NCBI GenBank assembly: GCA_036337035.1
Contig: JAYZFC010000006.1
Coordinates: forward strand, 18,194 to 82,193
Length of the DNA stretch: 64,000 nucleotides
Direction of reading: 5' to 3'
Source: Pseudomonadota bacterium
Lineage (GTDB): Bacteria; Pseudomonadota; Gammaproteobacteria; Steroidobacterales; Rariloculaceae
Positions within the stretch are counted from its first letter, which is position 1, and every line of letters starts with the position of its first letter. Below the pieces are notes generated by a model, which had not been told where the DNA came from, did no database searches, and saw only the letters and a program-made list of their open reading frames with translations. Position numbers and translations under genes: made by a program. This document shows, in pieces, positions 20,326 through 29,635 of this stretch.

Positions 20326-22140
20326 ATGCTTTCAATAGATATTCACATAATTTTTGTCTTGCTTTTAACTCCATTAGCGCTGTATCTATTTACCAGAGAT
20401 AAGGTGCCTCTAGAAGCATCTAGTCTATCTATAATATTGATTCTAATGCTTTTTTTTCAATTCTTCCCATATATAAATGATGGTTCTGTACTATCTCCAA
20501 TAGACTTTATAGCAGGCTTTGGTAATGAAGCTGTCATTACCATAGGCGCATTAATGATTATAGGTAAAGGAATAGAAAAAACAGGAGCTATTCAACCCTT
20601 GGCTTCACTATTAGCAAGCTTCTGGAAAAATCAACCAAAAATAACTCTTTTACTTACTCTAGTATTTGCATGTCTCTTAAGTGGATTTATTAACAATACT
20701 CCTGTTGTAATAATATTACTCCCAATGCTTATTGGTGTTGCAATTAGAAGTAAGTCTGCTCCTTCTTTAATACTAATGCCTATCGGTTTTGCAACCTTAA
20801 TTGGAGGAATGTCGACTACCATTGGGACTTCTACTAATTTACTTATAGTAAATATTGCAAGAGAACATGGAGTTATTGACTTTGGGATGTTTGATTTTGC
20901 TGTTCCAGTAATGATCGTAGGTTTTTTTGGATTATTATACCTTTGGTTAATAGCCCCAAAGCTACTACCTGAGCGTGAACAACCTTTATCTGATATATCT
21001 CCAAGAGTATTTGAAGCGTCTTTTTATATACAGGAATCAAGCAAAGCTTCTAATTTGCCATTTTCTGATATTTTAGAACTAACAAATAATGAAATGAAGG
21101 TTGATAGAATTGAACGCGGAGAAGGTCTTATTGTAGTAAAACTTCCTTCTGTTTTAATTCAAGATGGAGATAGGCTAATTGTTCGAGATACCCCTGAAAA
21201 TCTTAAAAGGTATGAAGAAATGATAGGTGCCAAACTTCATAGTCATGTTGAAACAAAAAATGATAATATAGACCAGCAGCACCTTGCAGAAATTGTTATA
21301 ACTAGAGGATCGTTATTTCATAGATCAACACTTTTAGAGAGCAACTTCTCTCAACAAACAGGTCTTCTGCCTCTTGCATTAAATCAAGTTAAAGAATCAG
21401 GTATTGATCAATCATCAGGAGATATAAATTCAGCACAATTAAGAGCTGGAGATATTTTGCTCATCCAAGGATCTGATAAAAAAATCAAAGAATTAAAAAG
21501 TTCTGGTAAGGCGTTAGTATTAGATGGGAGCACAGATCTGCCAAGAACTCATAGAGCTACAAGGGCTATAGCTATCTTGATCGGAGTAGTGTTTGCTGCA
21601 GCTACTGGAATACTACCTATATCTCTAAGTTCTGTATTGGGTGTAGCCGCTCTTCTTGCAACTAGATGCCTTAACTGGCAAGAGGCTATAGGATCAGTAT
21701 CTATACAAATAATTATGGTCATAGTTGCAAGCTTAGCTCTAGGAATTGCTATGACAGAAACTGGTGCTGCTCTACTTATTGCTCAATACTTTTCTAACTC
21801 GATTAGTCACCTGCCCATACCTATAATATTGAGTGCGCTTATACTACTAATGTCTATTCTTTCAAACTTTTTGTCTAATGTATCTACTGGTATAATTGGA
21901 ACACCAATAGCAATACAGATGGCCTTACAACTAGGAGCTGACCCAGTCCCTTTTATTTTGGCTGTAATTTTTGGAGCAAACATGAGCTTTGGGACCCCTT
22001 ACGGATACCAAACTAACTTATTAATTTTTTCTGCCGGGGGTTATAAATTTAAAGATTTTATTAAGGCAGGTATCCCTTTAATTATTTTAATGTGGATTGG
22101 TTTTTCTCTTATACTGCCAATTATTTATAAAATTTATTGA
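20326..22140 (+). CDS. SLC13/DASS-family permease with central TrkA-C (RCK-C) domains
   Basis: 604 aa. Polytopic N- and C-terminal halves flank a soluble ~200-aa segment, an architecture like E. coli YfbS. Confidence 0.8.
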   Translation: MLSIDIHIIFVLLLTPLALYLFTRDKVPLEASSLSIILILMLFFQFFPYINDGSVLSPIDFIAGFGNEAVITIGALMIIGKGIEKTGAIQPLASLLASFWKNQPKITLLLTLVFACLLSGFINNTPVVIILLPMLIGVAIRSKSAPSLILMPIGFATLIGGMSTTIGTSTNLLIVNIAREHGVIDFGMFDFAVPVMIVGFFGLLYLWLIAPKLLPEREQPLSDISPRVFEASFYIQESSKASNLPFSDILELTNNEMKVDRIERGEGLIVVKLPSVLIQDGDRLIVRDTPENLKRYEEMIGAKLHSHVETKNDNIDQQHLAEIVITRGSLFHRSTLLESNFSQQTGLLPLALNQVKESGIDQSSGDINSAQLRAGDILLIQGSDKKIKELKSSGKALVLDGSTDLPRTHRATRAIAILIGVVFAAATGILPISLSSVLGVAALLATRCLNWQEAIGSVSIQIIMVIVASLALGIAMTETGAALLIAQYFSNSISHLPIPIILSALILLMSILSNFLSNVSTGIIGTPIAIQMALQLGADPVPFILAVIFGANMSFGTPYGYQTNLLIFSAGGYKFKDFIKAGIPLIILMWIGFSLILPIIYKIY

Positions 22141-22147
22141 TATTTTT

Positions 22148-23533
22148 ATGCAATCACAGTTTGATATTATTACTGATTTAGAAACACCAGTTTCTGCCTA
22201 CTTAAAACTTAGAGAACTAAACCCTTGCTTCTTACTTGAAAGCGTTGAAGGCGGTGAGAATCTTGCGAGATATTCATTCTTAGGACTGAATGCTGCCTTT
22301 TCTTTAGAACTTTCAAATAATTCATTAATTGTAGATAAAAAAGAAATTGCTAGGCCAAATGGAAAATTAGAATGGATTAAGATGATGAGGGAAGCTATTA
22401 AAAAAAGTCCCGAACTTTTTCCAAAAATTGAAGGTATACCTTTCTGTGGAGGTCTGGTTGGGACAACAGGTTACGATATTATAGATTTTTTTGAAGAACT
22501 CCCAAAAAATAAGACAGAATTAAAAAATCTTCCTCAAGCATTATATGTAGCACCATCATCATTATTGGTTTTTGATCACTCAACAAGAAGATCTGCTCTT
22601 CTTCATTCTGGCACTGAAGCTGAAAGAGAAACGCTAAAAGATAAAGTTATATCCTTACTACATTCAGATCAAGATTTTAAACCTAAACGTGGAAAATATA
22701 ATAAGTTTAAATCTAGTATAAATAAAGAAGACTTCATTAAAATAGTTAAAACATGCAAAAACCATATAAAAAAAGGAAATATATATCAGATAGTAATGTC
22801 TATAAGGTTTAGTGGGAAATCAGATATAGATCCTTTCCAATGCTATAGAGCAATGAGATCACTTAACCCTTCGCCCTATCTTTATTTTTTTGAAATAGGA
22901 AACATTAAAGTTTCAGGATCTTCTCCTGAAGCCTTAGTAAAGCTAGAAAATAACTATGCTTCACTAAATCCAATAGCTGGGACAAAACCAAGAGGCCATA
23001 CAAAAAATAAAGACATGCTAATGGAAAAAGAGCTTCTTAGCGACCCAAAAGAGAATGCAGAGCACATCATGCTAGTTGATCTAGCTAGAAATGATCTAGG
23101 AAGAGTAGCTACTCCGGGAACTATTATTGTAGATCCTTACAGAAAAATTGAAAGGTACAGTCATGTAATGCATATTGTTAGTGGGGTTAAAGGCAAGCTA
23201 AACAATACCAAAGATGCTTTAGACTTATTTTCTGCTGCTTTTCCAGCAGGGACACTTGTTGGGGCTCCAAAAATTAAAGCAATGGAAATAATTAAAAATC
23301 TTGAGCCATGTGGAAGAGGTTTATATGGAGGCACAATTGGATATTTCTCAAAAAATGGCAATATGGATCAGGCGATCACAATAAGAACTCTAGTTTTTCA
23401 TGGTGATGAGATCAGCTATCAAGCTGGAGCAGGTATCGTAGCTGATAGTATCCCGGAATTAGAATATCAGGAAGTTTTAGCTAAAAGTGAAATTTTAAGA
23501 AAATCTTTAGAAATAGCTAGTGAGGGATTATGA
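22148..23533 (+). CDS. trpE: anthranilate synthase component I
   Basis: LLESVEGGE, GAGIVADS motifs. Start placed at ATG 22148 (MQSQFD...), 7 nt after the transporter stop. The ORF-track start at 22097 overlaps the upstream gene. Confidence 0.95.
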   Translation: MQSQFDIITDLETPVSAYLKLRELNPCFLLESVEGGENLARYSFLGLNAAFSLELSNNSLIVDKKEIARPNGKLEWIKMMREAIKKSPELFPKIEGIPFCGGLVGTTGYDIIDFFEELPKNKTELKNLPQALYVAPSSLLVFDHSTRRSALLHSGTEAERETLKDKVISLLHSDQDFKPKRGKYNKFKSSINKEDFIKIVKTCKNHIKKGNIYQIVMSIRFSGKSDIDPFQCYRAMRSLNPSPYLYFFEIGNIKVSGSSPEALVKLENNYASLNPIAGTKPRGHTKNKDMLMEKELLSDPKENAEHIMLVDLARNDLGRVATPGTIIVDPYRKIERYSHVMHIVSGVKGKLNNTKDALDLFSAAFPAGTLVGAPKIKAMEIIKNLEPCGRGLYGGTIGYFSKNGNMDQAITIRTLVFHGDEISYQAGAGIVADSIPELEYQEVLAKSEILRKSLEIASEGL

Positions 23534-24102
23534 AAAACCAAATTCTATTGATTGATAATTATGACTCATTTACATATAACTTAGTACAAGCTTTCAAAGT
23601 TCTAAAGGCAAATGTTTCTGTCTACAGAAATGATAAAATATCTACTCAAGAAGCAATAAACTTAAACCCTTCTCATCTAGTAATCTCTCCTGGTCCTGGA
23701 AGGCCTAAAGATGCAGGTATGTCATTAAATATAATTGATACTTTTATAGGGAAAATTCCCATACTAGGTGTTTGTCTAGGCCATCAATGTCTTTTCGAAT
23801 ATTATGGTGGAAAGATAATCTCAGCTAAGAAATTAATGCATGGAAAATCTTCATTAATTAAGCATGATAAAGCAACTATATTTGATAATTTAAACAACCC
23901 TCTAGAAGTTGGCAGATATCATTCTCTAGCTGCAAATAACATTGATATTCCAAAAGGACTAGAAATTTCGGCAAAAACTTCAGACAATGAAATAATGGGT
24001 ATTAGAGACAAAGAAAAAAAAGTTGAAGGAGTGCAGTTTCATCCTGAAAGTATTTTAACTCCAGATGGTCCAATAATTTTAAATAATTTTTTAAATATTT
24101 AA
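23530..24102 (+). CDS. trpG: anthranilate synthase component II (glutamine amidotransferase)
   Basis: GVCLGHQ catalytic Cys, FHPES. ATGA overlap with trpE. Confidence 0.95.
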   Translation: MKNQILLIDNYDSFTYNLVQAFKVLKANVSVYRNDKISTQEAINLNPSHLVISPGPGRPKDAGMSLNIIDTFIGKIPILGVCLGHQCLFEYYGGKIISAKKLMHGKSSLIKHDKATIFDNLNNPLEVGRYHSLAANNIDIPKGLEISAKTSDNEIMGIRDKEKKVEGVQFHPESILTPDGPIILNNFLNI

Positions 24103-24125
24103 TCAATATATAAATTTTTAAATAT

Positions 24126-25157
24126 ATGAAAATCAACTCTACCAAACTTATAGAAAAACTTATTAGAAGAGAAGATCTTAGCTTTACTGAATCTAGCTGG
24201 ATCTTGGAATCGATGGCTAATAATACAATTGAAAAATCTAAAGCTGCAGCCTTACTCACTGGCTTGAGAGCAAAAGGGGAATCAGCAACTGAAATTCGTG
24301 GTTTTGCTGAAGCAATGAGGAAGCTAACTATTAAACCGATAATTGATGTTAATGAAGATACCGTAGATATAGTGGGCACTGGTGGAGATGGCTCTGGAAG
24401 CTTAAACCTTTCTACTGGAAGCGCATTATTAGCAGCCGCTTCAGGAATTAAGGTAATAAAACATGGAAATAGGTCTATTTCTAGTAAATGTGGTAGCGCT
24501 GATGTAATTGAAAAACTTGGAATACCAATTCCTCTAGATGAAAAACAGGCAGGGAGCTATCTTAATAACAATGGATTTACTTTCCTTTTTGCCCCTCATT
24601 TTCATCCAGCTATGAAGAATATTGGCCCGTTAAGAAAAGATTTAGGCATTAGAACTATATTTAACATTCTCGGTCCATTAGTTAATCCAGCAGAGCCGCC
24701 ATACAATGTTATAGGTGCTTTTAGTCTAGAAATGGCTGAGTTAATGGCTGAGACATTATCAGATATGAAAATAAAACGCTGCTTCGTAATAAATGGTGCT
24801 CTTGGATGGGATGAAGCGACACCAATAGGCCCATTCACTTGCTATGATGTTACGCCTGGTAACATTAAAAAAACTATACGTACGCCAGAGGATTACAATA
24901 TGCCTAGATGTAACAGGGATGATTTACTTGGTAGCGAAGCAAGGAATAACTGCAATAGGATGGAAAAAGCGCTTTTTGGTGAAGATACATTAGCACATAG
25001 AAATGCTCTAATTATGGGCGCTTCATTAGCTATAGAAGTTGTTGGTCTAGAAAAAAATATCAAAAATTCATGCTTATTAGCAAAAAAATCTATAGAAAAT
25101 GGATCAGCAGCTAAATTAATTAAGAAAATAAAAACATCTAATAAAGAAAAAATATGA
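24126..25157 (+). CDS. trpD: anthranilate phosphoribosyltransferase
   Basis: VDIVGTGGDG, KHGNRS motifs. Confidence 0.95.
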   Translation: MKINSTKLIEKLIRREDLSFTESSWILESMANNTIEKSKAAALLTGLRAKGESATEIRGFAEAMRKLTIKPIIDVNEDTVDIVGTGGDGSGSLNLSTGSALLAAASGIKVIKHGNRSISSKCGSADVIEKLGIPIPLDEKQAGSYLNNNGFTFLFAPHFHPAMKNIGPLRKDLGIRTIFNILGPLVNPAEPPYNVIGAFSLEMAELMAETLSDMKIKRCFVINGALGWDEATPIGPFTCYDVTPGNIKKTIRTPEDYNMPRCNRDDLLGSEARNNCNRMEKALFGEDTLAHRNALIMGASLAIEVVGLEKNIKNSCLLAKKSIENGSAAKLIKKIKTSNKEKI

Positions 25158-26002
25158 TTGAAAATTCTTTCCTAAAAAAAATGGCTGACTATAGTTATGA
25201 AAGAGTTTTGAAAGCTAAGAAATTAGAGTCAGAAGCTGAACTAATTAAAATAGTAAAAAAAAATATGCCGCCGCCTATAGTTTTAAAAAATCAGTTTAAT
25301 ATTATCGCAGAAATTAAAAAGAGATCTCCTGCTAAAGGCATCCTTCAAAATGTAAATTTTAGCTTAGAAGAGCAATTAAAATCTTATGCTTCAGCGTGCC
25401 CAATGGCTATATCTATCCTAACTGAGCCAGAAGCATTTAATGGTAGTCTAGCTGATCTTTCTTTTGCAGCAAAAATAATGAATGAATATAAGATTCCGGT
25501 AATGAGAAAAGACTTCTTAGTTGACCCCTATCAAATTCTAGAAGCAAAAAAGATGGGGGCTAGCGGAGTGCTAATGATTACATCTATACTTAGCCATGAA
25601 CAAATTGATTCTCTATTATCCTGTGCATCAGAAAATCAATTGTTTATTCTTCTAGAGGCTTTTGATCATAAAGATCTTGAAATAATAAATAAAATTAATA
25701 TAGAAAAATACGTAAATGGGGGTTGCCAAATCTTATGCGGTATTAATTGTAGAAATCTTAAAACATTAGAAATTAACTTTGATAGATTTAAACAATTATC
25801 TAAGCTATTGCCTAAGAATATAATTTCTGTAGCTGAAAGTGGTATAGAAAATGTAGAACATATAAGATCTATAGTAAATTTAGGATTCTCAGCTGCTCTA
25901 ATTGGATCAAAACTAATGGAAAGTTCTAATCCAACAAAACTATTAAAAAAATTAATTAAGGAAGGGAAATCCACATTACAGGAAATTCAAAATTGTTTAT
26001 AA
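25154..26002 (+). CDS. trpC: indole-3-glycerol phosphate synthase
   Basis: IAEIKKRSPAKG, MRKDF motifs. ATGA overlap with trpD. Confidence 0.93.
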   Translation: MIENSFLKKMADYSYERVLKAKKLESEAELIKIVKKNMPPPIVLKNQFNIIAEIKKRSPAKGILQNVNFSLEEQLKSYASACPMAISILTEPEAFNGSLADLSFAAKIMNEYKIPVMRKDFLVDPYQILEAKKMGASGVLMITSILSHEQIDSLLSCASENQLFILLEAFDHKDLEIINKINIEKYVNGGCQILCGINCRNLKTLEINFDRFKQLSKLLPKNIISVAESGIENVEHIRSIVNLGFSAALIGSKLMESSNPTKLLKKLIKEGKSTLQEIQNCL

Positions 26003-26583
26003 AAATCTGTGGTCTGAATTCAATAGAAGCAATAGATAGCGCTTTATCTAGCGGAGCTGATGCCCTAGGATTTGTTTTTGCAAATTCTCCACGAAAAGTC
26101 TCGCCTACAGAGGCTCTATCTTTATGTAAAAATTTACCTGATACAATAATAAAAGTTGCAGTAACAAAAAATCCTACTAAAGAACTTTTTAATGAAATTT
26201 GCAATGTTTTTAACCCAGACTGGATCCAGGGAGAAGCAGATGATGTATTATTACATCAATCAGAAAATAGACCACTTCTATTGCCTGTTTTTAGAGATAA
26301 TCAACCTATTAAAAACAAATACCCTACAAGAATATTATTTGAAGGGCCAAATAGTGGAAGTTCAGAGATTGCTAATTGGAAAAAAGCATCTGAGATAGCA
26401 GGGAAAACGGAAGTAATTCTTGCTGGTGGTTTAGATTTAACTAACGTCGAAAAAGCTATTAGAATAGTATCTCCTTGGGGGGTTGATATTTCATCAGGAG
26501 TGGAAAGCGCCCCAGGAATTAAGGATCCAAAAAAAATTAAGGATTTCATTAACTGTGTCAGAATTATAGAGAGAGCTAAATGA
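25993..26583 (+). CDS. trpF: phosphoribosylanthranilate isomerase
   Basis: MFIKICGL, ILAGGL, GVDISSGVE motifs. Separate gene, not fused to trpC. Confidence 0.92.
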   Translation: MFIKICGLNSIEAIDSALSSGADALGFVFANSPRKVSPTEALSLCKNLPDTIIKVAVTKNPTKELFNEICNVFNPDWIQGEADDVLLHQSENRPLLLPVFRDNQPIKNKYPTRILFEGPNSGSSEIANWKKASEIAGKTEVILAGGLDLTNVEKAIRIVSPWGVDISSGVESAPGIKDPKKIKDFINCVRIIERAK

Positions 26584-27842
26584 AACAAAATAATGAACAT
26601 AAACTTTTATTAGAAAAGCTTCTAAAAGGTAAATTTCCTGATAAAGAAGGTAGGTTTGGTCCTTATGGAGGAAGGTATGTTCCTGAAACATTAATGCCAG
26701 CAATAAATAGATTAACTGAAGGTGTTTACAAAATTCTTCCATCAGAAAGCTTTAAGAAGAGGCTCTCTCATGAGCTTAAAGTATGGGTAGGAAGACCAAC
26801 AGCATTAACAAACGCTAAAGCGCTTTCGGAATCTTGGGGTTCAGAAATTTGGTTTAAGAGAGAAGATCTAGCACATACAGGAGCTCATAAAATTAATAAT
26901 GCTATTGGGCAAGCAATACTAGCACAGGAATTAGGAGCATCAAGAATAGTTGCTGAAACTGGAGCTGGGCAACATGGCGTTGCTTCAGCAGCTGCATGTG
27001 CAAGATTAGGTCTTCCATGTACAGTTTATATGGGACAAATTGATATAGAAAGGCAAGCTCCTAATGTAGAGCGAATGCAAAGCCTCGGTGCTGAAGTGAT
27101 TCCTGTTAAATCTGGCGATAGTACATTAAGGGCAGCGATTGATGAGGCAATGAGAGATTGGGTTTCAGATCCAGTAAATACACACTATATAATTGGCTCT
27201 GCTGTTGGAGCACATCCATACCCATACCTTGTACGCGAGCTTCAATCCATTATAGGACGAGAAGCAAGAATGCAAATAAAAGAAGCTGCTGGCCTTCCCC
27301 AAGCTGTATTTGCTTGTGTTGGAGGAGGTTCTAATGCTATTGGGCTTTTCCATCCGTTTCTTGCTGATGAAAATGTAAAACTTATGGGTATAGAAGCTGG
27401 AGGCAAAGGATTAAAATTGGGCAATAATGCTGCGACATTGAGTTCAGGAGGCAAAACTGGCGTCCTTCATGGAGCTCAATCTATATTACTTTACGATGAT
27501 AATGGACAAATACAAGAAACACACTCTATATCAGCTGGATTAGATTATCCTGGAGTTGGCCCAGAGCACTCATTCCTCCATCATGTTGGTAGAGTTGAAT
27601 ATCAAAATGCAACTGATAGTGAAGCATTAGAAGCTCTAAAGGAGTGTTGCTTACTAGAAGGTATCCTACCTGCTCTAGAAACATCACACGCTTTGGCAGG
27701 CGCTAAAAAATGGTCAAACCAGAATAAAGGTAGCAGAATATTAATTGGTATATCAGGAAGAGGAGATAAAGATATGCCTATTTTAAGAAAACATATTAGA
27801 ATATCAACTAATCGAAGCGGTAAACCAAATGTTGCCGCATGA
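26580..27842 (+). CDS. trpB: tryptophan synthase beta chain
   Basis: HTGAHKINN (PLP lysine), GGGSNAIG, full-length TrpB. Confidence 0.96.
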   Translation: MKQNNEHKLLLEKLLKGKFPDKEGRFGPYGGRYVPETLMPAINRLTEGVYKILPSESFKKRLSHELKVWVGRPTALTNAKALSESWGSEIWFKREDLAHTGAHKINNAIGQAILAQELGASRIVAETGAGQHGVASAAACARLGLPCTVYMGQIDIERQAPNVERMQSLGAEVIPVKSGDSTLRAAIDEAMRDWVSDPVNTHYIIGSAVGAHPYPYLVRELQSIIGREARMQIKEAAGLPQAVFACVGGGSNAIGLFHPFLADENVKLMGIEAGGKGLKLGNNAATLSSGGKTGVLHGAQSILLYDDNGQIQETHSISAGLDYPGVGPEHSFLHHVGRVEYQNATDSEALEALKECCLLEGILPALETSHALAGAKKWSNQNKGSRILIGISGRGDKDMPILRKHIRISTNRSGKPNVAA

Positions 27843-28590
27843 AATACTTGAAAATGCACTAGCTGATTCTAATGGCTCAGCTTTAATTCCATTTATCACA
27901 GCTGGCTACCCAACATGTGAAAGCTTTCTTACAAACTTAAAAGAAATAAGCAAAGTAGCAGATGCTATTGAAATAGGCGTGCCATTTACAGATCCACTTG
28001 CTGATGGAGTTACTGTTCAAAAAGCAAGCTTGAAAGCTCTAAATAATGGGGTTAGTTTATCTTGGATTTTTGATCAATTATCAAAAATAGATTTTGAAAT
28101 TTCATCTCCATTATTACTTATGAGCTACCTTAATCCACTCTATGCATTTGGTTTTGATAGATTAGCACAATATGCAAAAAAAAATAATGTAAGTGGTTTT
28201 ATAGTTCCAGATCTACCATATGAAGAATGCTTACCCTTAAAAGCATCGCTTGATAAAGAAGGAATAGCATTAGTTCAGCTGGTTAGCCCTGAAACTCCAG
28301 TATCTAGATTAGAGAATATTTGTAAACATAGTAAAGGTTTTGTATATGCAGTAACTAGAACAGGGATTACTGGAAAAGAGACTTCATTGCCTAAAAACTT
28401 AACAAAATACCTAGACCTTGTTAAAAATATTTCATCTATTCCTGTTTGTGCTGGATTTGGTGTAAGAAATAGCGAACAGGTGAAACTTATTTCAAAGCAT
28501 GCTGATGGTGTAATAGTAGGATCAGCTCTACTTGAAGCAATTGAAAAGAATAAAGATCTCATTAAATTCTTACAGGCCTTAAAGAAATAA
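27829..28590 (+). CDS. trpA: tryptophan synthase alpha chain
   Basis: IEIGVPFTDPLADG and GFGV motifs. Overlaps the trpB end. Confidence 0.94.
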   Translation: MLPHEILENALADSNGSALIPFITAGYPTCESFLTNLKEISKVADAIEIGVPFTDPLADGVTVQKASLKALNNGVSLSWIFDQLSKIDFEISSPLLLMSYLNPLYAFGFDRLAQYAKKNNVSGFIVPDLPYEECLPLKASLDKEGIALVQLVSPETPVSRLENICKHSKGFVYAVTRTGITGKETSLPKNLTKYLDLVKNISSIPVCAGFGVRNSEQVKLISKHADGVIVGSALLEAIEKNKDLIKFLQALKK

Positions 28591-28908
28591 ATGATAAAAT
28601 TACATACTAGTGAGTCTATTTTTTATATAAAGCATCTAGAAAATATACTTAATCTTAATGGTATTGATTGCTTAATTAAAAATGAATATCTCTCAGGTGG
28701 ATTAGGTGAAATTCCATTTATAGAATGCTTACCTGAGTTATGGCTCATTGATGAAAGTAAACTTGAATACTCAAAAAAAATAATTTTGGAAAATAATATG
28801 ATTAATAAAGTGAATTCAGAATGGTTATGTGAAATTTGTAATGAAAATAATGATCCTCAATTTCTAATTTGTTGGAGCTGCGAAACTACTAAAGAATATG
28901 AAGAATAA
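28591..28908 (+). CDS. DUF2007-like small protein with C-terminal CxxC-x10-CxxC zinc ribbon
   Basis: ATG immediately follows the trpA TAA. C-terminal CEICNENNDPQFLICWSC. 105 aa. Confidence 0.6.
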   Translation: MIKLHTSESIFYIKHLENILNLNGIDCLIKNEYLSGGLGEIPFIECLPELWLIDESKLEYSKKIILENNMINKVNSEWLCEICNENNDPQFLICWSCETTKEYEE

Positions 28909-29635
28909 TTCTGAAATAACTGCCTGTGTTCTAATTTTAGGGAATGAGATATTATCTGGTAAGACTCAAGATACAAATTTGAAATATCTTGGCCTAGAGC
29001 TAGCAAAGCTAGGCATAAAACTCTCTGAAAGTAGAGTGCTTCCAGATGAAAAAGAAATTATTATTTCAACACTAAATGAATGCAGAGAAAAATATACTTA
29101 TGTATTTACAACTGGTGGTATAGGTCCAACTCATGATGATATAACAGCTGAATGTGTAGCAGAATCTTTTAATATAAATCTTGAAATAAGCAATGATGCT
29201 GTTGAAAAGATTATGAGTAATCCAAAAAAAAATTACAAATTAAATGAAGCGAGATTAAAAATGGCTACATTACCATCTGGAGCAAAATTAATTGATAACC
29301 CTTTAAGTTATGCTCCAGGATTTATGATAGAAAATGTTTACGTTTTAGCAGGCATACCAATTGTTGCTAAAGCTATGTTTGAAACATTTAAGAATGAACT
29401 TAAAAAAAATAGTCCTATAGAATCTGAAAGCATAGATATTTATATGAGAGAAGGTGATATAGCAAATCCACTAAGCTTAATAGCAAAAAAATATACTAGC
29501 GTAGATATAGGAAGCTACCCATTCTCTAATGATGGAAAATATGGAGCCTCGATTGTTGTAAGAGGCAGAGATAAAGCATTAATTAAAAATGTAATAAATG
29601 AAATTACCAACACATTTAATAAAACTATCTCATAA
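28898..29635 (+). CDS. CinA-N/MoCF-type molybdopterin-binding domain protein
   Basis: LILGNEILSGKTQDTN and TTGGIGPTHDDIT motifs of the MoaB/Mog/CinA fold. Confidence 0.7.
   Translation: MKNNSEITACVLILGNEILSGKTQDTNLKYLGLELAKLGIKLSESRVLPDEKEIIISTLNECREKYTYVFTTGGIGPTHDDITAECVAESFNINLEISNDAVEKIMSNPKKNYKLNEARLKMATLPSGAKLIDNPLSYAPGFMIENVYVLAGIPIVAKAMFETFKNELKKNSPIESESIDIYMREGDIANPLSLIAKKYTSVDIGSYPFSNDGKYGASIVVRGRDKALIKNVINEITNTFNKTIS

Noticed and set aside
26580-27842. Visibly higher G+C in trpB, and similarly in glnA, gyrB, dnaA and ntrC, as a possible sign of horizontal transfer.
   Set aside because: These are the most conserved, Gly/Ala-rich proteins in the window, and they sit in fully native synteny (for example trpB overlaps both trpF and trpA). 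Amino-acid constraint explains the composition. Only glyQS has independent evidence, from its enzyme type, for foreign origin.
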